Assembly (NCBI GenBank): GCA_048013815.1
Contig: CM106585.1
Coordinates: 5,022,001 to 5,086,000, forward strand
DNA from: Setoptus koraiensis
Lineage: Eukaryota; Animalia; Arthropoda
Reading direction: 5' to 3'
Length of the DNA stretch: 64,000 bases
Part shown: piece by piece, positions 26,812 to 36,403 of the stretch
Layout of the letters: every line of letters starts with the position of its first letter
Position numbering within the stretch: the first letter of the stretch is position 1
The notes under the pieces: generated by a model
Told to the model about the DNA's origin: nothing
Databases searched by the model: none
The model's input: the letters and a program-made list of their open reading frames with translations, nothing else
Translations under genes and position numbers: made by a program

Positions 26812-29718
26812 TCTGATGAGTTCGTCAAAGATATAAACATCATGCACAAGCTCTATGATTCAAACCTTATCTAGTATCACGGTGCGGCAATGCTAGTCAC
26901 AGGATCATGGTTATTGTTACCTTTTAGAAATTTATGTGACAAATTCCTCTGGTACGGGATACCTAGAGACAAAACAACTAGTCCACCGATATCCCACAGA
27001 ATATAAACGAAGAATATATTTATTAGCTCTAATGAGTGAATTAAATTAAATTGGCGATTTCGGCCTGATGAGAGCATCACCACAGCACATTGAGCATGCT
27101 TAACTTTCTTCTAACTTTGAGATTATCAGATTATTCATTCCGTAGAACCGAATTCAACGTTTTGTGAGGAGCATCAGAAAGCTATCATATCTATGAGTCC
27201 TTTTGTATAAGGAAGCGGTGTGAGGGATTTTGTCCAGCTGTTATGGGTGAGGAGATAAGCAGATTGAGATTAAATTCACTATCGATCCGGGAAACAGTCG
27301 ACTGCTTCACAGTACACAACCTCGACGTGCTAGATCTAGACAAAGTTGTATTCTGATCTGTGATTAATGGCGATATGTCAGGGATATTTTGGAGAAATTC
27401 GAACAGATCTCAGGTGAGTAGGGTTGTTAATTTCCGTTTCTGAGGCATGGTTTGTTGGGTTGGTTAGTTACTTGTTGGTTTTCCGGTTGGTCCGGTTGCT
27501 TCGTCAGTCAGTTATCTGATACAACATATACAGGCGGATGCATTGTTTGAACACGGCTTTGCCGAGATTTCGCACCGTCGGGATAGCGTACTTTCGAGAT
27601 CCCAAGCGTCTAGATTGTGTACTGCCGAGATTTTGTAAGTCGAGATATCGACCCAAACCAATCGATGTGTGGATCAAGGTCTGCAGATAGAAATCGACGA
27701 TCAATTTTGACGAGCCGAATATACTTACGTGTCAGAGTCAGGATTGTATGTAAATAGTTGCGAATAGTGAGTTCCTCGCTTGCTAGCAACGACAATTGCG
27801 TGAAGCATACCATTTAAAGGGGCCAGAGCGCCGATGTGAGAACCATTTTTGAATGAAAAAGATGATATTGATGTCCAAGTGTTCGTACATGGATCGTACC
27901 TTTCTCCGATAAAATCAGTGGCACGCGCATCTTTAGATGTGCCTATAACGTAGATGTGTCCTTGTGATACTGAGACTTTCATAGAAGTCGTCAAATTTTG
28001 GCATGACCTATGTTCCAGCGTTTGCCATAGATCAAGGGAAGGATCATAGCGCTCGACAGTTATTGTGGTATAAAGTTTTTTTCCCGTTTTGTCGAGATCT
28101 GGGACTATTCCTACGCAGTAGATGTGATTGTCCAAGCTAATCAATCGTATGCTCCATGGTGCAGTTGACATAGCTCTACAATGAGTCCACTCTTCATCCA
28201 AGAAAGAATATTTAAGCATTATACTGTCGGTCTCCCAATTTTCTTCAGGGGTGCCGTAGAAATACAGCGAACCTAGGTGAAAGACCAAACTACAAACATT
28301 TGTATACTTGTCGTCACATACAGGAGGTGGTGGTTCTGCATAATTGTAGCTTGTTTCAGGGTGGTATATTCTGAAGAGATTACAATCTTTATCGAAGATG
28401 TAAACTACATCACGTCCGGGCACAATAATTGAATTGGATCCCATCTCTTCTGCTATCGGCTGTCTTACTTCTTTCCAATCATTTGTGGTGGCATTGTATT
28501 TATGGACGCGAACGGATTCGTAATGAGTGAACAGGTACAATGCGACATCCCGGCATCGCTCTGAGGACTGTACTGTAGCCGATTGTTCGGTAGTGCTAGT
28601 TTGTTTGTTGACGAGCAATTCAATCATAGCATGTCTAATATACTCACGACATCGTTTGTCATTGTCAATCAACGGATCATTGGCAATGTCGGCAAGATAA
28701 TTCGGCTCTATTTGAGAAAAACGAACATGTTCCAACAAATCAGGAAGTAGCCCCCGACGATCGATGGCAGAATCTTGTTCAGCTTGACGGCACCATCTCA
28801 TGACAGCCTCGTATACAGTTGCTGCTGTTGATCTCAAATTGTCACATTTGATGATTTCAATCAATTGACGAAACTCCAAAGTCAGAAAATCGTCTCGTTT
28901 GGCAACATCGTCGAAGTTCTCCACAATGAATTCCTTTGTTGATTTTGACAATTCCTCAGACGGAAACCTTTCAGCAATATTCAGCAAGATGATGCAATTC
29001 GAGCCATTCAAAATTTGCTTCGCATCGAGTTGACGTAGTCGCTGAGCAATATCCTGGCGAGATCTCTCCCAATCGACGAGAATGGAACTTTGCGTGTCAG
29101 AATTTTTGTGCTGTCCGAGCTTTATTTTCTTTGTTGCCAGTCCATTCAAACTTGTTTTGAATTGTTCGTCTGTTTCACTCTGAAACAAACGCTTTCTTAT
29201 ATTAGATATGACGTCGATTTCCAAATCCGAAGGATCTTCTTTTTTCACTGTCACTGGCAATTCAACTGTTGCGCCCAAAATTTCCTGGGCCATCTTGCTT
29301 ATCATTGGTTTATCAGAATACCTGACAAGTAAATCGATTGCTTGAGCTTTGGCGATAGCCAGTTTTTCTTCTTTTATATTTTTCTTGATTATTAATGAGC
29401 CGTTGAGATTCTCAAATAAATATGAGGACCACTCGGCGGCTATCTTAAATATGTAGTCGATTTCGGGATTCGCCATAGTTTCGAATCTCACCTAATTATG
29501 TTAATTATGTGTAATTGTGTGTAAAGTATGGAATGCGTTTCAGCTATGTAGCATAAGTTTGAGACGCATATATATATATATATGCGTCATAATATATATA
29601 TATTATATACATATATACATGTAATATAATATGACGGAGACAGCTGGATGGTTTGCAGTTAGTGTTGCGGAGCGAACGCTCGCTCCGAGCTGCGCAGTTT
29701 CACTCCGCAGCACTATTT
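26812..29718 (-). repeat. Left arm of a ~2.9-kb inverted segmental duplication
   Basis: Reverse complement matches 32996-35800, from TCTGATGAGTTCGTCAAAG at 26812 to CACTATTT at 29718. Confidence 0.92.
27725..29476 (-). CDS. BACK-Kelch protein lacking a recognisable BTB domain, copy A
   Basis: BACK motifs (NCIILLNIAERF, FIVENFDDV, FLTL, VYEAVMRW, LLEHVRF) and Kelch repeats (VERYDPSLDLW, GERYDPCTNTW, LNGMLHAI). First ATG is 29476 (the track start 29491 is GTG). The stop lies inside AC|GTAAGT, so a small 3' intron is possible. Confidence 0.85.
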   Translation of the reverse strand: MANPEIDYIFKIAAEWSSYLFENLNGSLIIKKNIKEEKLAIAKAQAIDLLVRYSDKPMISKMAQEILGATVELPVTVKKEDPSDLEIDVISNIRKRLFQSETDEQFKTSLNGLATKKIKLGQHKNSDTQSSILVDWERSRQDIAQRLRQLDAKQILNGSNCIILLNIAERFPSEELSKSTKEFIVENFDDVAKRDDFLTLEFRQLIEIIKCDNLRSTAATVYEAVMRWCRQAEQDSAIDRRGLLPDLLEHVRFSQIEPNYLADIANDPLIDNDKRCREYIRHAMIELLVNKQTSTTEQSATVQSSERCRDVALYLFTHYESVRVHKYNATTNDWKEVRQPIAEEMGSNSIIVPGRDVVYIFDKDCNLFRIYHPETSYNYAEPPPPVCDDKYTNVCSLVFHLGSLYFYGTPEENWETDSIMLKYSFLDEEWTHCRAMSTAPWSIRLISLDNHIYCVGIVPDLDKTGKKLYTTITVERYDPSLDLWQTLEHRSCQNLTTSMKVSVSQGHIYVIGTSKDARATDFIGERYDPCTNTWTSISSFSFKNGSHIGALAPLNGMLHAIVVASKRGTHYSQLFTYNPDSDT

Positions 29719-29980
29719 GCAATATCAGATTCAATCCGACAATCTCAATAAACCGAGTCAGTCGACTATCAAGCGCAACACAATGTTGGTAGATTGAAAA
29801 AACGTGTTGCTGTTATTACAGCCAAAACCTGGTTTATTTTTCGATAATTGACAAAAGCACCGTGTGCTAGAAGCTGGACAGTGTGTTTTAAAGATGTCCG
29901 CTCTGTTTGGGACACCCTTTACGATAAACCGATAACTTTTGAGTATTTCATACGATATCATCACCATCACGTAGTTTGAT

Positions 29981-31302
29981 TCAAGAGGAAAGTTGACTCT
30001 CTTGTCTTTCCTTTTCGTAGCTTGTTCTCACATCACGCGTCATATCTCCAACACCCAACCAGTTTTGGATATAGTTGAGGAAATCTCTATTGAAATACCT
30101 AACAAAATTAAATGCGGGGTGAGATAAGAGATTGAGATTTCGATCATAGTATCGCGAAAATTGATTTGATTTACATTTTAACAATTTAGGGACATTGGCG
30201 AAAACTTACCGATATATGAAAAGAGGCTGATGCCTTGGTACGACAACCAATGACTCGTTGCAAAGTATGGACTTCATAGTCTCTCGAGTCACCGATTCCA
30301 GGCTGAGTAACGGTGCGAATGGTCTGTGAAATGTGAAATGAAGAAGAAAATCATCAGTCGATTGAAAAAGTAGACTATAATATATTCTCAGATTAGTATA
30401 GATGGGCATCCACTCACATTGGGTGGTATCCAGTGAATAGGCTTGAACTGAAAAACGAGGGACATACACAGGTAGTCTTGATAAATTCATTCAAGCCCTG
30501 ATAACTGAGTTCAGAACTCAAGCACGCTTCTAGGCCAACTGTCCGATAGAATCAGCATTAGTATGTACATTTGAAGAAGCAAAATAGATGATGATGATAA
30601 TTATACAGACATCACAGCCACTGAGTTGTCACAATTATCTTGACAGGTTTTCTTACCCACTGCATGTTTGCTAGAATTGTAGCAGACAACATTTGGTGCA
30701 GAGGCTAGTCCAGCTATCGAAGCTATTTCAACTATATGACCTCTTTTGTGTTGAATCATTTCCGGCAGCAGTAGTTTTATCAGCCAAAAATGAGAGAAAA
30801 CGTTAACTTTAAACATCTTCTCTATGGTACTCGGTTCTATGTCTAATATGGGCTTTGTTGAGAAGATGCCAGCGTTGTTTATCAACATTGATATGTGTCT
30901 CTTGGGAAATGTGGCACTTAGATCGGTTTTCATTTGTTTTACTGTATCGACAACCTGTTCGTAATTTGATACGTCCGCTGAATACGTCAAACAGACAGGC
31001 TCTGGCTCATTTTCCATCTTGAGTCCCTCATTGACTCGATTTTTCTCAACCAATTTTTTCGTTTCTTCAAGCGTCTCTTTATTGACGTCCCACAATACCA
31101 ACGATGAGCCTAGCTTGGCAAATTCCATCGCAAGCGCTCGGCCAAGACCTGCGCCAGCACCCGTAATGAGCACTGTGTCTTTTGAAACATCTTTGATGAA
31201 CAATTTTCTTGGCAGGACCCACAGCAACAAGTTTCGTACAATGGATGATAGAGCTCCGAAGAGGCCTGTCCTCCTGGGATGATTCTTGAAATCTGGTTGC
31301 AT
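29981..31302 (-). CDS. Short-chain dehydrogenase/reductase, SDR16C (epidermal retinol dehydrogenase 2-like); exons 30657-31302, 30418-30538, 30210-30323, 29981-30098; 332 aa
   Basis: TGAGAGLG Rossmann motif, INNAG, GHIVEIASIAG, catalytic YNSSK. Three GT-AG introns (118, 94, 111 nt) join in frame to HAVVGLEACLSSEL...IKTTCVCPSFF, giving a 999-nt CDS. Confidence 0.92.
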
Positions 31303-31559
31303 CGCAGTATAAATATCGGCGCGAATTTATAATTGAAAAACTGTTTTTCCTCTTTTTTTTTCTTCATGTAAAACTGTAACTGTACTGTTCGTGTAAAACT
31401 GATGCGACACAAAAATGACAATGATGATTATTGATAGAAGATGTTAAAATGGCTGTGCACCAGAAAAATGGCAGGCCACAATCATGATTTCAGCAGTTTG
31501 TATCGACTCTGAGACTTGACGCAAAGCTGATTTGCTGAAGATAAGTTATGTGTTGCTAG

Positions 31560-32115
31560 TCACGTGATAAATTTTGTATAGCCACTAATGCTCGTAGAGA
31601 CATCGAGGAATCTTGAAAAAGATCGACAGGGGTTACGTTTCCAATACACAACTGCATTAATACACTGTTGGTGCATTCTAGATGCAAGCAAATCTGATGA
31701 AAATAATCTGTTTATGTGACTAGGCAAGCTCGAAAAATCACCCTGCGGCGTCATTTCCTCGAACTGTGAGATAATCGCATAAATCGCAAGAACAACGTCA
31801 TGACACCTGTTGTAACCATTAGGACGTGCTTGACACCTCACTTACTTGTTAGTGCACATGTACTGCATAAGGCAATCAATTTTCACCTTCGGAAAAATAT
31901 GTTCTCGTGTCGCAAACGTTCCGTAGATCAGATACAAACTTGTGATAGCCGTCGGTACATCGATATTGCTGTTCAAACACCGAAATTGTTGGCTTCTTTG
32001 GGTGCTCACTTTGCCAACATTTGTTGTCCTTCGACAAAAAATTGTATCTGTATTTGCTGAACTCATCCCCGTAGAAGCATCTTTTTCCGGCAGCCGGTAC
32101 CGGTATATCGTCCCA
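31560..32115 (-). pseudogene. Possible degenerate trypsin-fold (serine protease homolog) C-terminal remnant
   Basis: Fragments PAAGKRC, ISVFEQQYRCTDGYHKFVSDLRNVC, PQGDFSSLP and VVYWKRNPC...SISGYTKFI occur in the order of the trypsin C-terminal lobe. Catalytic GDSGG is absent, frames are discontinuous and no N-terminal half was found. Confidence 0.3.
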
Positions 32116-32416
32116 TCTTAGTCAGTTGAACTTGTGTTCGTGACCTCGCGAATGTGGTTAAAAATCAGTCTTAGCTGCTGAACTAAGATACTTCAAAGTA
32201 TCGCTCATCAACAATCACCCCCCCCCCCCCACCAATGCCGGAACTAGAGTAATACCTGAAAAGCTACTAGCTCCCATCACAACTGATTCGTCGCTCTTGC
32301 ACTCATCGGGCAGTCTAAAGTCAGATATAGAGAGTGAGGAGTCGGGCGATGACGAACTAATCAATGACACCAGTTTGGATGGCCATCACTACTTCTGCTT
32401 ACAAGACAATAATTGA

Positions 32417-32465
32417 ACTATAAAAAGACTGATCAACGAATCGCGTTGATCAGTCTTTTTATAGT
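32417..32465. repeat. Perfect 22-bp inverted repeat with a 5-nt loop
   Basis: ACTATAAAAAGACTGATCAACG-AATCG-CGTTGATCAGTCTTTTTATAGT. Confidence 0.9.
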
Positions 32466-32847
32466 CTATCAGCCATTGAAGCCAAGGGAAAAAAGATAGA
32501 AAAATGGAAGATCCAAAAGGAAAACAAAAAGTAATAGAAGACAGACTTGGTATTCCCTCAGTCAAGGGACTGAGGCAGGGAGATCGGGAAGGTTCTATTG
32601 ATTTTCTACTCCCCTGTTCTCCCTCACTCTCTCAAATCTCCAGAAAACTGAAGAAAAAGAAAATTTTCAGCTGACGAGAAAAAAAGTGTGAACAATATTG
32701 TGACAAATATCGTGACCAATATCGTGACATTTCTCGTTATTAAAGTTTAAAAGATCTACGATCGTAACCTCCCTACGATCTAATAATAGTTTGGACATTA
32801 TAAAGATTTTGTTGGCTGTGCTGACTTGAACTTTGACTTAACTTTGG

Positions 32848-32998
32848 TTGATTTTGATCGGAGAGTGTGTGAGTGTGTCAAGTAGTGCTGAGGGCAACTA
32901 TGGGCGGTGGGGCATGCCCGTGTGCGGCACAGGGGCAGTGGGCAGCATAGGGGCAGCAAAGGGGCAGCAAAGGGGCAGCAAAGGGGCTATTTAAAAAA
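32848..32998 (+). repeat. G-rich direct repeat, copy 1 (three GGGGCAGCAAA units)
   Basis: Matches 35929-36057 apart from two extra 11-nt units. Confidence 0.9.
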
Positions 32999-35800
32999 TA
33001 GTGTTGCAATAGTGCAACTGCGCCGCACGGAGCGAGCGTTCGCTCCGCAACACTAACTGCAAACCATCCAGCTGTCTCCGTCATATTATATTATATAATA
33101 TATATATATTATATAATGCGTCTCAAACTCATGCTACATAGCTGGAACGTATGCTACTTTACACACAATGACACATAATTATATGAGATTCGAAACTATG
33201 GCGAGTTCCGAAATCGACTACATATTAAGGATAGGCGAAGAGTGGTCCTCAATCAAGAAAAATATAAAAGAAGGAAATCTGGCTATCGCCAAAGCTCAAG
33301 CAATCGATTTACTTGTCAGGTATCCTGATAAACAAATGATAAGCAGGATGGCCCAGGAAATTTTGGGCGCAACAGTTGAATTGCCAGTGACAGTGAAATT
33401 TCAGAGTGAAATAGACGAACAAGTTAAAACAAGTTTGAATGGACTGGCAACAGAGAAAATAAAGCTCGGACAGCACAAAAATTCTGACACGCTAAGCTCT
33501 ATTCTCGTCGATTGGGAGAGATCTCGCCAGGATATTGCACAGCGACTACGTCAACTCGATGCGAAGCAAATTTTGAATGGCTCTAATTGCATCATCTTGC
33601 TGAATATTGCTGAAAGGTTTCCGTCTGAGGAATTGTCAAAATCAACAAAGGAATTCATTGTGGAGAACTTCGACGATGTTGCCAAACGAGACGATTTTCT
33701 GACTTTGGAGTTTCGTCAATTGATTGAAATCATCAAATGTGACAATTTGAGATCAACTGCACCAACTGTATACGAGGCCGTCATGAGATGGTGCCGTCAA
33801 GCCGACCAAGATTTTGCAATCAATCGTCGGGGGCTACTTCCTGATTTGTTGGAACATGTTCGTTTTTCTCAAATGGAGCCGAATTATCTTGCCAACATTG
33901 CCAATGATCCGTTGATTGACGATGACAAACGATGTCGTGAGTATGTTAGACATGCTATGATTGAATTGCTCGTTAACAAACAAACTAGCACTACCGAACA
34001 ATCGGCTACAGTACAGTCCTCAGAGCGATGCCGGGATGTCACATTGTACCTGTTCACTTATTACCTATCCGCTAGCGTCCATAAATACAATGCCACCACA
34101 AATGATTGGGAGGAAGTAAGACAGCCGATAGCAGAAGAGATGGGACCCCATTCAATTATTGTGCCCGGACGTGATGCAGTTTATATCGTCGATAGAAAGT
34201 GTAATCTCGTCAGAATCTACCACCCTGAAACAAGCTACAATTATGCAGAACCACCACCTCCTGCATGTGACGACAAGTATGCATATGTTTGTAGTTTGGT
34301 CTTTCACCTAGGTTCGCTGTATTCCTACGGCTACCCTAAAACAAATTGCCAGAAGGACAGTACAATGCTTAAATATTCTTTCTCGGATGAAAGGTGGACT
34401 CATTGTAGAGCTATGTCAACTGCACCATTGAGCATGCAATTGATTAGCTTGGACAATCACATCTACTGCGTAGGAATAGTCTCAGATCTCGACAAAACGG
34501 GAAAATTTTATGCCACAATAACTGTCGAGCGCTATGATCCTTCCCTTGATCTATGGCAAACGCTGGAACATAGGCCATGGCAAAATTCGACGATTTCTAT
34601 GAAAGTTTCAGTATCACAAGGACACATCTACGTTATAGGCACATCTAAAGATGTGCCTATAACGTTTATAAATCAGTGGCAGCTTACGCATGCCACTAAA
34701 TTTATCGGAGAAAGGTACGATCCGTGTACGAACACTTGGACATCAATATCGTCTTTTTCATTCGAACATGTTAATGCTCGCATCGGCGCTCTGGCCCCTT
34801 TAAATGGTATGCTTCACGCAATTGTCGTTGCTAGCAAGCGAGGAACTGACTATTCGCAACTATTCACATACAATCCTGACTCTGACACGTAAGTATATTC
34901 GGCTCGTCAAAATTGATCGTCGATTTCTATCTGCAGACCTTGATCCACACATCGATTGGTTTGGGTCGATATCTCGACTTACAAAATCTCGGCAGTACAC
35001 AATCTAGACGCTTGAGATCTCGAAAGTACGCTATCCCGACGGTGCGAAATCTCGGCAAAGCTGTGTTCAAACAATGCATCCGCCTGTATATGTTGTATCA
35101 GATAACTGACTGACGAAGCAACCGGACCAACCGGAAAACCAACAAGTAACTAACCAACCCAACAAACCATGCCTCAGAAACGGAAATCAACAACCCTACT
35201 CACCCGAGATCTGTTCGAATTTCTCCCAAATTTCCCTGACATATCGCCATTAATCACAGATCAGAATACAACCTTGTCTAGATCTAGCACGTCGAGGTTG
35301 TGTACTGTAGAGCAGTCGACTGTTTCCCGGATCAATAGTGAATTTAATCTCAATCTGCTTCTCTCCTCACCCATAACAGCTGGACAAAATCCCTCATACC
35401 GCTTCCTCATACAAAAGGACTCATAGATATGATAGCTTTCTGATGCTCCTTACAAAACGTTGAAATCGGTTATACGGAATGAATAATCTGATAATCTCAA
35501 AGTTAGAAGAAAGTTAAGCATGCTCAATGTGCTGTGGTGATGCTCTCATCAGGCCGAAATCGCCAATTCAGTTCACTCATTAGAGCTAATAAATATATTC
35601 TTCGTTTATATTCTGTGGGATATCAGTAGACTAGTTGTTTTGTCTCTAGGTATCCCTTACCAGAGGAATTTGTCACATAAATTTCTAAAAGGTAACAATA
35701 ACCATGATCCTGTGACTAGCATTACCGCACCGTGATACTAGATAAGGTTTGAATCATAGAGCTTGTGCATGATGTTTATATCTTTGACGAACTCATCAGA
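32996..35800 (+). repeat. Right arm of the inverted segmental duplication
   Basis: Matches 26812-29718 inverted, including the Kelch gene and about 0.9 kb of downstream sequence. Confidence 0.92.
33168..34892 (+). CDS. BACK-Kelch protein lacking a recognisable BTB domain, copy B
   Basis: Inverted paralog of 27725-29476; intact ORF with in-frame indels; the ATG shared with copy A is at 33198. Confidence 0.85.
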   Translation: MTHNYMRFETMASSEIDYILRIGEEWSSIKKNIKEGNLAIAKAQAIDLLVRYPDKQMISRMAQEILGATVELPVTVKFQSEIDEQVKTSLNGLATEKIKLGQHKNSDTLSSILVDWERSRQDIAQRLRQLDAKQILNGSNCIILLNIAERFPSEELSKSTKEFIVENFDDVAKRDDFLTLEFRQLIEIIKCDNLRSTAPTVYEAVMRWCRQADQDFAINRRGLLPDLLEHVRFSQMEPNYLANIANDPLIDDDKRCREYVRHAMIELLVNKQTSTTEQSATVQSSERCRDVTLYLFTYYLSASVHKYNATTNDWEEVRQPIAEEMGPHSIIVPGRDAVYIVDRKCNLVRIYHPETSYNYAEPPPPACDDKYAYVCSLVFHLGSLYSYGYPKTNCQKDSTMLKYSFSDERWTHCRAMSTAPLSMQLISLDNHIYCVGIVSDLDKTGKFYATITVERYDPSLDLWQTLEHRPWQNSTISMKVSVSQGHIYVIGTSKDVPITFINQWQLTHATKFIGERYDPCTNTWTSISSFSFEHVNARIGALAPLNGMLHAIVVASKRGTDYSQLFTYNPDSDT

Positions 35801-35930
35801 CTGTCCAATGTGAAGCCGACAGCGATGCTGGCGAAAGACTTTTTAGCTGCTGTTACAGCACGATAAATCTCATCACTGGGATATGAGTGAATTTCATCGC
35901 AGACAGTTCTTCCCGTTCGTGGACAGTCTT
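35799..35930 (-). pseudogene. ~130-bp duplicated fragment of the Spaetzle-like gene
   Basis: Matches 43417-43548 with about 5 substitutions by eye. Confidence 0.9.
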
Positions 35931-36151
35931 GATTTTGATCGGAGAGTGTGTGAGTGTGTCAAGTAGTGCTGAGGGCAACTATGGGCGGTGGGGCATGCCC
36001 GTGTGCGGCACAGGGGCAGTGGGCAGCATAGGGGCAGCAAAGGGGCTATTTAAAAAAAAATAAAAAAAAAAAATGTAAATAGCCCCTTTGCTGCCCCTAT
36101 GCTGCCCGCTGCCCGCCCGCTGCCCATCTCGCCCAAAAGCTGCCCGCAAAA
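35929..36151. repeat. G-rich direct repeat, copy 2, extending into a foldback palindrome (39-bp arms 36014-36052 and 36076-36114, A-rich loop)
   Basis: GGGCAGTGGGCAGCATAGGGGCAGCAAAGGGGCTATTTA pairs with TAAATAGCCCCTTTGCTGCCCCTATGCTGCCCGCTGCCC with one G-T mismatch; imperfect symmetry continues outward. Confidence 0.88.
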
Positions 36152-36326
36152 TGTTGAAATAATGTTCAGCACATTCGACTCACTCAAATTATCTGATCTG
36201 TGCACGACAACTGTGCCGTGCACATCTGATCATGTTCACGCGCATCTTACTGTGCAAGACTATAAATATAACCAACATTCAATAATAAACTAGCTTTTGC
36301 TAAACATTCAAATACAAGTTTCAATA
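36152..36326 (+). repeat. 5' LTR (TGTTG...CAATA)
   Basis: Identical to 42741-42915; contains a TATAAATA box and an AATAAA signal. Confidence 0.95.
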
Positions 36327-36340
36327 GGTTAACAGCCAAA
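36327..36340 (+). promoter_or_regulatory. Primer-binding site complementary to the tRNA-Asn(GTT) anticodon arm
   Basis: GGTTAACAGCC(AAA) directly after the LTR is the reverse complement of GGCTGTTAACC, the anticodon stem-loop of eukaryotic tRNA-Asn. Confidence 0.75.
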
Positions 36341-36403
36341 AATATAAAACCTTGTATTTAAAAGTAAAAGTTACAACAAGAAAACAAATCATCAACAAAC
36401 ACA

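Noticed and set aside
26400-27700. Possible endogenous RNA-virus or transposon remnant downstream of the Kelch gene
   Set aside because: Multiple stops in all frames and no motif I could identify; would need BLASTX.
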